64,000 nt of DNA from an uncultured Bacteroidales bacterium (lineage in GTDB: Bacteria > Bacteroidota > Bacteroidia > Bacteroidales > VadinHA17): contig OW818650.1 of the NCBI GenBank assembly GCA_942492865.1, positions 4,029,425 to 4,093,424 of the forward strand, written 5' to 3'. A model generated the notes under the pieces. That model was not told where the DNA came from. It saw only the letters and a program-made list of their open reading frames with translations, and made no database searches. The position numbers and the translations under genes are program-made. Within the stretch, counting starts at the first letter, position 1; each line of letters begins with the position of its first letter. Of the stretch, positions 9,020 through 17,285 are shown one piece after another.

Positions 9020-10171
9020 TTACAACCAATAATCCTTTATCCTGATTTTAATCTTTATTGCATTTGAAATTTCTTCTTCACTGATGAGTATCAGATAACC
9101 TCCTCCGCCTGCTCCTGAAAGTTTCCATGCAAGAGCTTTGTTTTTATAACCCTCAACAACTTTAGCAATCTTATTGTTCATCATTTTAGGAAACATGGCC
9201 ACCTGAGCGTTGAAAGAGGCAAGAAATCCTTTTGAAAAGACAGAAATATCTTTACTTATCAGTCCCTCCCATGCCAACTCAGATGCCGATGTCAGATTTC
9301 TGACATTATCAGATGTGATGTTTGTTTCAGAAAGAACAACAAAATCATCAGGACGCGGCCATAACATTACCATGTATAATCTGGCCTCGAGCCATTTTAT
9401 TGTTGAAAGATCAGTAATAGTTTCAAACTTTGATGGCCAGTACTCCCCTTTTTCATAAAAAAACCGGTTGATACCGGGCATCGTAATTCCTATCGAATCC
9501 TGTGAGCCGCTTACATTTTTTGTACCGGGATCATTATCGTACCGGAACAGTATGCTGGCTAATTTCTCCGGGTTTTCCAGCGGAAGATGGTAATTCCACA
9601 ATTCGATGGCTTTTTTCCTGGTTGAGGTAGCCATCCCTGAACGTTCGTTAAATTCAAGAGTAGGTTCGATTGAGGTTGTTATTGCCCATCCAGGGTGAAA
9701 CTTTGAGACATAAGGCTGATCAATCCAAGTACCTGCAAGATCGATCCGGTATGGAATTGGTGTTTCTCTACGCAATGCTGTGGTTGACCTGACCGGCAGA
9801 TTTTCATGAGGTATCCTTTTTAATACTTTATACTCTATGCCCATCTCTTTGCAAAGCTGTTCTTTCTCATCAGTATGGCCATCCTCATTTACAACAAAGA
9901 CATCCGGACCGAGCGATTTCATATCATCCAGGAAATCAAGAAGACCGCTTCCCCTGTTTATCTTTACTTTATGTACGCAAGAAAGAGATTCAAGCATATA
10001 AAGCCTCTCATCTTCAGAATTGATGGTGTGCCTTCCTTTAAGATCAAATACTGTCTTATCCGATCCTAATCCAACATACAGATCTCCGAACTGCGATGCT
10101 TCCTTTAAAAACGCAACATGCCCCGAGTGTAGCATGTCAAAGCAGCCGGAGACGAAAACTTTCTTTTTCAA
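9020..10171 (-). CDS. Fusion protein: N-terminal HIGH-type cytidylyl/adenylyltransferase-like domain plus C-terminal GHMP-type (fucokinase/HddA-like) sugar kinase domain
   Basis: The N-terminus has VSGCFDMLHSGHVAFL and RSTTALR (TagD/HldE domain-II signatures). The C-terminus has RIDLAGTWIDQP, GSQDSIG and KLSGAGGGGYLILI (fucokinase/HddA-type GHMP motifs). The only start upstream of the conserved domain is TTG at 10171-10169. Confidence 0.65.
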   Translation of the reverse strand: MKKKVFVSGCFDMLHSGHVAFLKEASQFGDLYVGLGSDKTVFDLKGRHTINSEDERLYMLESLSCVHKVKINRGSGLLDFLDDMKSLGPDVFVVNEDGHTDEKEQLCKEMGIEYKVLKRIPHENLPVRSTTALRRETPIPYRIDLAGTWIDQPYVSKFHPGWAITTSIEPTLEFNERSGMATSTRKKAIELWNYHLPLENPEKLASILFRYDNDPGTKNVSGSQDSIGITMPGINRFFYEKGEYWPSKFETITDLSTIKWLEARLYMVMLWPRPDDFVVLSETNITSDNVRNLTSASELAWEGLISKDISVFSKGFLASFNAQVAMFPKMMNNKIAKVVEGYKNKALAWKLSGAGGGGYLILISEEEISNAIKIKIRIKDYWL

Positions 10172-10303
10172 GGTTAAAGGTTAAAGTGTTAAATAAATTA
10201 AGGTTATCGGCCTCACCCCCTCTTTCCCCCTCTCCCGGGGTGAGATGGGAAGCTAATCCTAATTAAATTCCAAATTTTAAAATTATCCTGAATTAAGCCC
10301 CTC

Positions 10304-12232
10304 TCACTTTGGGAGAGGGGTTGGGGAGAGGTCGTTATCAATCATCTCAAATTTTGACTTATATCCAGGGACGATCTCCTTCATTTCCTCTATTATCTTT
10401 CCGGGGGTCAAAGTGTATAAAGTAGAAAGGATACATTCAATTCTTGTAAAGGTGTTTTCAAGATCATTTTCGGGGATACTGGCTATACTTATCTTGGGAT
10501 GGTAAGTGGGGATCATTGGTTCATCCTGTGAGAAAAGTTCCTCGTAGAGCTTTTCGCCCGGTCTCAACCCTATGAACTTGATCTTAATATCTTTATGAGG
10601 CTCAAGGCCTGACAGTCTTATCAGGTTTGTCGCAACATCCAGCACTTTCACCGGCTCTCCCATATCAAACACGAATATCTGTCCGCCATTACCCATAAAA
10701 CCTGCTTCAAGGACAAGCTGACACGCCTCCGGTATTGTCATGAAGAACCGTGTAATATCCGGATGGGTAAGGGTTATTGGTCCTCCTTCATCAATCTGTT
10801 TCCTGAATAATGGGATTACTGAACCGTTCGATCCGAGAACATTGCCGAACCTGGTAGTTATAAACTGGGTTCCGATATTTTTGCGTTTGGAGAGAGTATG
10901 AACAAGTATTTCACAAATCTTTTTTGTGGCGCCCATCACATTAGTGGGATTTACCGCTTTGTCTGTGGAAATCATTACAAACTTCTCAGCCTGGTATTTA
11001 ATGGCCATCTCTGCAACATTCTTTGTTCCTCCCACATTAACCCTGAATGCCTCATGAGGTTGTATTTCCATCATTGGCACATGTTTATATGCTGCAGCGT
11101 GAAAAATAATTTCAGGCTTATACCGAATGAAAAGCTTTTCAAGGATTTCGGGGTTTGTAACATCGCCGATTATAATCTTATAATTGCAACCGGTCTTTGT
11201 ATTTTTCAGTTCCTCATTAAGAAAAAATGCAGGAGTTTCTGCCTGATCGAATAGTATGAGCTGTTTTGTTTCAAACTTCATCAGCTGCCGTGCAATTTCA
11301 GACCCTATTGAACCGGCCGCACCCGTAACAAGTATAGTTTTCCCGCATAAACCTGTTTGTATCTTTTCAAGGTCAAGCATAATGGGTTCTCTTCCAAGCA
11401 GATCCTCTAATTTTACTTTTTTAAGATTTTTTATCTCGAGCTGACCGTTAAACCAGGTATCGAAGGATGGAGTATCAAGAATTTCACAACCAAGTTCAAT
11501 AACCGATTCGATGACTTCCTTCTTTTTAGCAGGAGCAATATTATGTATAGCAATGATAAATGCCTTTATTTCTTCCTTTTCTATAAATTCCCTGGTCAGA
11601 ACATCGCGTGAATAAACAGGATAACCTGTCACTTTCTTTCCCTGGAGTTTCCTGTCGTCATCAACATAGCATTTTACCCGGTAAGGTCCTTTGCTATCGG
11701 CCTCAATGACCCGTCGTACAACAATTCCGACCTCCCCTGAACCGTAAATAACAACATTCTTCCTGATTCTTGATGTTGACGAAGCGAATTCATAGAAGAC
11801 TTTTACAAAAACCCTGAAAAAGAATAGAAGTATTGTTACAGCTCCTGAATGAATAACAAGAATGGAAAGAGGAATATCATAAACCGCATTCCATTCATTG
11901 ATACGACTTAAGAGAGTAAGCGCAATAAGCAATATCGTGGCAGCAAAACTTGTAATAATTATTTTATATGTATCACGAATAGTAGTATGTCTCAGCATAC
12001 CGTTATAGGACTTGAAAATCAGCATGAAGACAGTGTAAATAAATAATACCAGCCATGCCTGTTTGAATGATATTGAGATATCGAATGAATAGGTCTCAAA
12101 ATTATACCTGAGCATATATGCTATCAGAAAAGAGCTGTACACGACTGACATGTCGATAAGCAACACAAGCCACCTGGGCAATGAATGCTCCCGGAAGATA
12201 TTGTCAAGTCTGCTTTTAATCTGAAAGTCCAT
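10304..12232 (-). CDS. Membrane-anchored polysaccharide biosynthesis protein, CapD/WbpM/PglF-like nucleotide-sugar 4,6-dehydratase
   Basis: Four N-terminal TM helices followed by two Rossmann regions (VIYGSGEVG; ILVTGAAGSIGSEI...DQAE...YKH). Length is typical (642 aa). Confidence 0.85.
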   Translation of the reverse strand: MDFQIKSRLDNIFREHSLPRWLVLLIDMSVVYSSFLIAYMLRYNFETYSFDISISFKQAWLVLFIYTVFMLIFKSYNGMLRHTTIRDTYKIIITSFAATILLIALTLLSRINEWNAVYDIPLSILVIHSGAVTILLFFFRVFVKVFYEFASSTSRIRKNVVIYGSGEVGIVVRRVIEADSKGPYRVKCYVDDDRKLQGKKVTGYPVYSRDVLTREFIEKEEIKAFIIAIHNIAPAKKKEVIESVIELGCEILDTPSFDTWFNGQLEIKNLKKVKLEDLLGREPIMLDLEKIQTGLCGKTILVTGAAGSIGSEIARQLMKFETKQLILFDQAETPAFFLNEELKNTKTGCNYKIIIGDVTNPEILEKLFIRYKPEIIFHAAAYKHVPMMEIQPHEAFRVNVGGTKNVAEMAIKYQAEKFVMISTDKAVNPTNVMGATKKICEILVHTLSKRKNIGTQFITTRFGNVLGSNGSVIPLFRKQIDEGGPITLTHPDITRFFMTIPEACQLVLEAGFMGNGGQIFVFDMGEPVKVLDVATNLIRLSGLEPHKDIKIKFIGLRPGEKLYEELFSQDEPMIPTYHPKISIASIPENDLENTFTRIECILSTLYTLTPGKIIEEMKEIVPGYKSKFEMIDNDLSPTPLPK

Positions 12233-12392
12233 AACGTGGTTCAGCTTTTATAAAATAAGCCAGATGAAAGATATAAAAATAAATAAATAAAAAGATTGAT
12301 TCATTACACCATGCTTACGCGTCGTCAGTCACATGATACATAATTGTATATGCCTGACTAAGTAGCAATTAAACTATAATATGTAACAGATG

Positions 12393-13376
12393 TTACAAAT
12401 TCTCCCAGAACCATTTTACAGCCTCCTCAAGGCCGTCTCTGACACTGTGTGAAGGAGAATAGCCAAGCAGGCGCTTTGCTTTATCGATTGAGGCGAGTGA
12501 ATGTGGGATATCCCCTGCTCTTTCGGGACCGTAAATAAGTTTAATCTTAAGGATCTCCTTATCATATTCGCCAGCCATCTTTTGGATATGATCAAAAAGC
12601 TCGTTTAGAGTTGTTCTTTCACCGAATGCAACATTGTAAACCTGGTTTACAGCTTCCTTTTTTGTTGCAAGTGCAGCCAGGTGATTAGCCTGAATTACAT
12701 TATCAACATAAGTAAAATCGCGTGAAAAAGATCCATCACCGTTTATTACGGGTGATTCATGGTCTTTGAGCAGTTTCAGAAACTTTGGGATAACGGCAGC
12801 ATAAGCTCCGTTTGGATCCTGGCGTCTTCCGAATACATTAAAATACCTCAAACCGATAACTTCGATACCGTAAGTTCTGGAAAAATTGGTACCATATAAT
12901 TCGTCAACATATTTTGTGATGCCATAAGGTGAGAGTGGCATTCCTATCTTTTCTTCAACTTTGGGCAGATCGGGATGATCGCCATACGTGGATGAACTCG
13001 CTGCATAAATAAATCTTTTTACTCCGGCTTCTTTTGCTGCAAAAAGCATTTTCACATATCCCCCGATGTTTACATCAGTTGTTGTTACAGGATCGACGAT
13101 AGAACGTGGCACCGATCCAAGGGCAGCTTCATGAAATACTATATCTATTCCTTTAACAGCTGCAAGGCAGGTTTCATAATTTCGTATATCCCCCTCAATA
13201 AGCCTGAAGTTGGGATTTGTCATATAATCTTTCAGGTTTTCTCTTTTCCCGGTTGAAAAATTGTCAAGACAAACGACTTTGTTGCCGGAGATCAGAAGTG
13301 ATTCAACAAGATTTGAACCAATGAAGCCGGCACCTCCTGTTACTAAGACATTGCTGTTTTTCAACATTTGTTTCAT
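12393..13376 (-). CDS. NAD-dependent SDR epimerase, WbpP/TviC-like (UDP-GlcNAc / UDP-GlcNAcA 4-epimerase type)
   Basis: VLVTGGAGFIGSNLVESLL...VVCLDNFSTGKRENL, SSSTYG and YGITKY (catalytic YxxxK). Confidence 0.75.
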   Translation of the reverse strand: MKQMLKNSNVLVTGGAGFIGSNLVESLLISGNKVVCLDNFSTGKRENLKDYMTNPNFRLIEGDIRNYETCLAAVKGIDIVFHEAALGSVPRSIVDPVTTTDVNIGGYVKMLFAAKEAGVKRFIYAASSSTYGDHPDLPKVEEKIGMPLSPYGITKYVDELYGTNFSRTYGIEVIGLRYFNVFGRRQDPNGAYAAVIPKFLKLLKDHESPVINGDGSFSRDFTYVDNVIQANHLAALATKKEAVNQVYNVAFGERTTLNELFDHIQKMAGEYDKEILKIKLIYGPERAGDIPHSLASIDKAKRLLGYSPSHSVRDGLEEAVKWFWENL

Positions 13377-13429
13377 CGGGATATAAAGAACAATATTAGC
13401 TAATTTAACAATATTTAACAGTATAAAAA

Positions 13430-14599
13430 TTATACTTTTTCGAACATCATGATTATTTCATTCAAAATAAACTCGGCTGTCCTCCCGTCACCGTAAAACT
13501 TAGGATATTCGAGTTCGGAGCTGTTTTGGAGAAAATGGATGAAACCTTCCCTGATTTTTTCAGGATCAGCATCAACAAGCTTAACTGTTCCATTTGTAAT
13601 TAGTTCAATCCATTCGCTTTCTTTTCTCAAAACGAGACAAGGTTTATTAAAAAAATGGGATTCCTTCTGCACTCCTCCTGAATCGGTAATTACCATCCTG
13701 CAATTTTTCTCGAGAAGAGTCATCTCAAGGAAAGAAACGGGAGGAATAATTTTTATCTTTTCACAGTTAAGCAGTTCCTGGTGCAAATTTTTAAGTTTTG
13801 CATTTAATATGTTTATTGTACGGGGGTGAAACGGCATTACAAAAGTGATGGAATTCTCTAATGCTAATTCTTTCAGGCTTTTAAGAATTTTTTCAAGCCT
13901 GGTAATATCATCTGTATTTATTTCCCTGTGAATAGTAGCGAGAACAAAATCACCCTGTTTCAGCGACATCCCCGACAAGAAGGAAGATTTCTTCTTCTCG
14001 GCCAGCTCTGTAAAGAACAGAGAATTATCATACATAATATCTCCCGTCAAATAGATCTTCGCGTTATCAATATTATACGGAGGACTATTTTCAGGTCTGA
14101 ATCCTTCATTTATGAGATTCTTAAAAGCTGCATTTGTTGGTGCAAACAGAAGTGTGGATGAGTGATCGCTCACTATTCTGTTCAGCTCCTCGGGCATGCT
14201 TTTATAGAATGAACGAAGACCTGCCTCAATATGAATTATGGGAAAATGATTTTTTGAAGCTACGATTGCAGCGGCCAGTGTGGAATTTGTATCTCCGTAA
14301 AGGATAACACAATCAGGTACCTCTTTTAAGAGTATATCCTCAATTCCGGAAATCATCATCGAGATCTGTTTTCCATGTTTTGCCGAACCAACTCCAAGAT
14401 TATAGTCAGGCAGATGTATCTCAAGCTCATCAAAAAAAACACCTGAAAGCTCATTATCATAATGTTGTCCGGTATGAACAAGCACTTCCGTAATACGGTC
14501 AGAAAATTTATTTTTGATTGTTCTGCTGATAGCTGATGCTTTTATTATCTGAGGCCGGGCGCCTACAATATTAAGCAGTTTAAGCAATGGCATTGGCAT
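13430..14599 (-). CDS. wecB: UDP-N-acetylglucosamine 2-epimerase (non-hydrolysing)
   Basis: VGARPQIIKASAI...VHTGQHYD..., YGDTNSTLAAA, HIEAGLRS, PEELNR and DSGGVQKE. Confidence 0.9.
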   Translation of the reverse strand: MPMPLLKLLNIVGARPQIIKASAISRTIKNKFSDRITEVLVHTGQHYDNELSGVFFDELEIHLPDYNLGVGSAKHGKQISMMISGIEDILLKEVPDCVILYGDTNSTLAAAIVASKNHFPIIHIEAGLRSFYKSMPEELNRIVSDHSSTLLFAPTNAAFKNLINEGFRPENSPPYNIDNAKIYLTGDIMYDNSLFFTELAEKKKSSFLSGMSLKQGDFVLATIHREINTDDITRLEKILKSLKELALENSITFVMPFHPRTINILNAKLKNLHQELLNCEKIKIIPPVSFLEMTLLEKNCRMVITDSGGVQKESHFFNKPCLVLRKESEWIELITNGTVKLVDADPEKIREGFIHFLQNSSELEYPKFYGDGRTAEFILNEIIMMFEKV

Positions 14600-14614
14600 T
14601 CATTTTTGGTCGCG

Positions 14615-14622
14615 CAAATTTA
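14615..14622 (-). promoter_or_regulatory. Candidate Bacteroidota -7 box (TAaaTTTG) for the polysaccharide operon
   Basis: The minus strand reads TAAATTTG about 16 nt upstream of the wecB ATG. No clear -33 TTTG was seen. Confidence 0.3.
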
Positions 14623-14661
14623 AAAAATCCTTTCGATGATTTTGCTGAGAATAGCTGAATT

Positions 14662-14697
14662 AAATAAAAAAGGCATCATTATTAAAAGGATGCCTTT
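14662..14697 (-). terminator. Intrinsic terminator after rny
   Basis: A 9-bp stem AAAGGCATC / GATGCCTTT (14669-14677 / 14689-14697), followed on the minus strand by a U-run (plus-strand A-run 14665-14670). It lies 20 nt after the rny stop. Confidence 0.6.
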
Positions 14698-14716
14698 ATA
14701 TTTAATTGAAATTAAA

Positions 14717-16279
14717 TTATTTAGCGTAATTAACAGCCCTGGTCTCCCTTATGACCGTTATTTTTATCTGACCGGGATAGGTCATCTCATTCTGAATCTT
14801 GCGGGCTATCTCAAATGACAGATTTTCAGCCTCTTTATCATTCACTTTTTCAGCTCCGACAATCACGCGGAGTTCCCTTCCAGCCTGTATTGCGTATGTT
14901 TTGGTTACTCCGGGATACTGGAGTGCAAGCGATTCAAGCTCTTTAAGCCTTTTGATATACGATTCCACAACCTCGCGACGGGCTCCAGGACGAGCACCTG
15001 AAATTGCATCGCAGACCTGCACTATCGGAGCAATAAGGGAGTTCATCTCGGTCTCGTCATGATGTGAGCCTATTGCATTGCAAACCTCAGGCTTCTCCTT
15101 GAATCTCTCAGCCATTTTCATTCCAAGAATTGCATGTGGCAGTTCAGGCTCATCATCGGGCACCTTGCCTATATCATGCAGCAGTCCGGCACGTTTTGCA
15201 AGCTTGGCATTCAATCCAAGCTCAGCGGCCATAATTGAGCATAGATTGGCTACCTCACGTGAATGCATAAGAAGATTCTGACCGTAAGAGGACCTGTATT
15301 TCATCTTCCCTATCAGCCTTATGAGCTCAGGATGAAGTCCATGAATACCAAGATCGATAGTTGTTCGTTTGCCAACCTCAAGGATCTCTTCTTCGACCTG
15401 TTTGCGTGTTTTGTCAACCATCTCCTCGATGCGGGCAGGATGGATCCTGCCGTCCGTTACAAGCTGGTGCAGTGCAAGACGGGCAACCTCTCTCCGTACC
15501 GGATCGAATGCTGACAGAACTATTGCTTCAGGTGTATCATCAACAATGATCTCAACACCGGTAGCCGCTTCAAGTGCTCTGATATTTCGTCCCTCACGTC
15601 CGATTATCCTGCCTTTCATTTCATCAGATTCGATATGGAAAACCGTTACGGCATTCTCAATGGCACTCTCAGTGGCAACGCGCTGGATAGTCTGTATTAC
15701 TATTCTTTTTGCTTCCTTGTTAGCTGTCATTTTGGCTTCATCCAGGATCTCATTGACATACGACATAGCGCCGGTCTTGGCTTCTTCCTTAAGTGATTCT
15801 ATAAGATGGTTTTTAGCATCTTCGGCCGAAAAGCCTGAAATAGCTTCAAGTTGTTCCACCTGTTGTTTATGAAGCCTTACGAGCTCTTCTGATTTTTTGT
15901 CAACCAGTTCAAGTTGAGCAGTAAGATTATCCCGGATGGCATCTGATTCATTCTTTTTTCGCTGTGCCTCTTCTATTTTCTGGGAAAGTGTAAGTTCTTT
16001 TTGTTTAATTCTGTTTTCTGCCTGGGTCATCTTGTTGTTCTTCTCGTTGATGACCTTTTCATGTTCTGTCTTGAGCTGGAGAAATCTCTCCTTTGCCTGA
16101 AGTATCTTTTCTTTCCTTATAACTTCTGCTTCCGCTTCTGCTTTTTCTATTATCCTCCGATTTTTGCTTTTCAGTACCAGTTGCCAGACAAAATATGAAC
16201 CTGTAAAACCTGCCACCAGGGCTATAATGCAAAAGCTTATAGTTGACCCGGTAAATAACACACCTAATATTATCGTCAT
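14717..16279 (-). CDS. rny: Ribonuclease Y
   Basis: N-terminal TM helix, long coiled coil, KH domain ([15 protein letters not shown]) and HD domain (LLHDIGK). 520 aa. Confidence 0.95.
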   Translation of the reverse strand: MTIILGVLFTGSTISFCIIALVAGFTGSYFVWQLVLKSKNRRIIEKAEAEAEVIRKEKILQAKERFLQLKTEHEKVINEKNNKMTQAENRIKQKELTLSQKIEEAQRKKNESDAIRDNLTAQLELVDKKSEELVRLHKQQVEQLEAISGFSAEDAKNHLIESLKEEAKTGAMSYVNEILDEAKMTANKEAKRIVIQTIQRVATESAIENAVTVFHIESDEMKGRIIGREGRNIRALEAATGVEIIVDDTPEAIVLSAFDPVRREVARLALHQLVTDGRIHPARIEEMVDKTRKQVEEEILEVGKRTTIDLGIHGLHPELIRLIGKMKYRSSYGQNLLMHSREVANLCSIMAAELGLNAKLAKRAGLLHDIGKVPDDEPELPHAILGMKMAERFKEKPEVCNAIGSHHDETEMNSLIAPIVQVCDAISGARPGARREVVESYIKRLKELESLALQYPGVTKTYAIQAGRELRVIVGAEKVNDKEAENLSFEIARKIQNEMTYPGQIKITVIRETRAVNYAK

Positions 16280-16331
16280 TGTTTAAACCATTTAATAGTA
16301 AAATTTAAGTACATAAATTTAATGTATTTAT

Positions 16332-16532
16332 AAAAAAACCCGCAAAGTTCCTTCAGCTTTTATAAAACCCCATGTCTGAATGGTTGGAGCCACTAATCCA
16401 GTTCGGACTTCCACTGTCCCGTTTTACCGGGATCCCGAACGAGTCGGGATGAGGCCTGTCCTGCCTGAACTAAGTATATGCTCCAAAGTTTTAACTGTTG
16501 AGTTTCAAAAATGAATGAAGAAACAATGCGGG
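16332..16532 (-). ncRNA. Candidate structured sRNA, 6S RNA-like (alternatively a structured rny leader)
   Basis: The 5' end CCCGCAnnGTTTCTTCA pairs with the 3' end TGAAGGAACnnTGCGGG, followed by U7. Inner helices include TTGGAGC/GCTCCAA, TAAAAC/GTTTTA, ATCCCGA/TCGGGAT and CCCG/CGGG. The candidate is about 200 nt, has no ORF, and lies immediately downstream of zapA as ssrS does in E. coli. Confidence 0.45.
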
Positions 16533-16562
16533 CAATGAGTTTATCTATTTTAAAGAACGCCG

Positions 16563-16859
16563 TTACTCTTTTTTTTCTTCAAGAACCGAATCGATTTTTT
16601 GTATCAGTTCCTTCAGTGCATCCGGAACAAAGTCGTTTTCAATCTTTTCCTCCTCTTCTGTGAGCTTTATCACATACTGAAGGGCTGCCATAGCCAGAAA
16701 ATCCTGCACATCCTTATCGGTATAACGCTGCTTATATTGCAGCACCTTTTCATTTATCATCCTGGCAGCTTTCCTGATCTTCTCTTCGTTCTCCCTCTCT
16801 ACTTTCAATGGATAAAATCTGTCCGCCACGTTTACCCTGATGGAAAGTTTTTCATCCAT
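16563..16859 (-). CDS. zapA: Cell division protein ZapA
   Basis: 98 aa. The N-terminal pattern LSIRVNVADRFYPLKV...EEKIRKAARMINEKV is typical of ZapA. Confidence 0.75.
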   Translation of the reverse strand: MDEKLSIRVNVADRFYPLKVERENEEKIRKAARMINEKVLQYKQRYTDKDVQDFLAMAALQYVIKLTEEEEKIENDFVPDALKELIQKIDSVLEEKKE

Positions 16860-16870
16860 TTTTTATATAT

Positions 16871-17164
16871 CTATCTGTTTAAAAGAGCAACACATCTGTC
16901 AATTTCCCGCACCAGTTCTGTAATCTTTTTTTTTGCCTCAGTTGCATGTTCGCCTTCACCCAATAATGCTCCTGATAATTTAACTCTTTCGTATTTAATT
17001 TCCAAATCTTTTATTCTGTCCTCACGTTCCTGCAGCTGATTTTTCAAGTTCAAATTGCCATTTTTTAACTCATTAAACTCAACCTGCAGGTTCACATATC
17101 TGTTTAACAGTTCATCAAGCTTTCTGTTTAATACCTGAAATTCTTCGATACCCTGAACAGACAT
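16871..17164 (-). CDS. Small coiled-coil protein (ZapB-like), co-transcribed with zapA
   Basis: 97 aa with heptad-rich sequence (LNRKLDELLNRYVNLQVEFNELKNGNLNLKNQLQEREDRIKDLE). An 11-nt gap separates it from zapA. Confidence 0.5.
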   Translation of the reverse strand: MSVQGIEEFQVLNRKLDELLNRYVNLQVEFNELKNGNLNLKNQLQEREDRIKDLEIKYERVKLSGALLGEGEHATEAKKKITELVREIDRCVALLNR

Positions 17165-17247
17165 AATTAACCTTTAGTGCAAAAGTAATATTGTTAATGA
17201 TATTTTCAAAATTTTGGTAAAATACTTTGATGGTAATGAATTATTAA

Positions 17248-17255
17248 TAGTTTTG
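17248..17255 (+). promoter_or_regulatory. Candidate -7 box TAgtTTTG upstream of the M23 peptidase gene
   Basis: TAGTTTTG lies 31 nt upstream of the ATG at 17286. Confidence 0.3.
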
Positions 17256-17285
17256 CGAACTACTATATCATAACTTTTTATATAA

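Noticed and set aside
1-14599. The polysaccharide locus as a whole as a novel system
   Set aside because: Its composition (nucleotide-sugar genes, GT2s, wzx, wzy) is that of an ordinary Wzx/Wzy-dependent surface-polysaccharide locus. Only the individual oddities listed in the findings merit attention.
15369-15872. 167-aa and other plus-strand ORFs inside rny (also 14799-15062, 15078-15281, 15263-15549)
   Set aside because: They are antisense shadows of the highly conserved RNase Y gene. They are S/A/R-rich, as is typical of reverse-frame translation.
16332-16532. SRP (4.5S) RNA or RNase P RNA, suggested by GTGGAAGTCCGAAC, which resembles GGAAAGUCCGG
   Set aside because: The spacer (283 nt) is too short for bacterial RNase P RNA. 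The conserved SRP domain IV motif (GGAAGCAGCC-type symmetric loop with GNAR tetraloop) is not present. The end-to-end rod shape fits 6S better.
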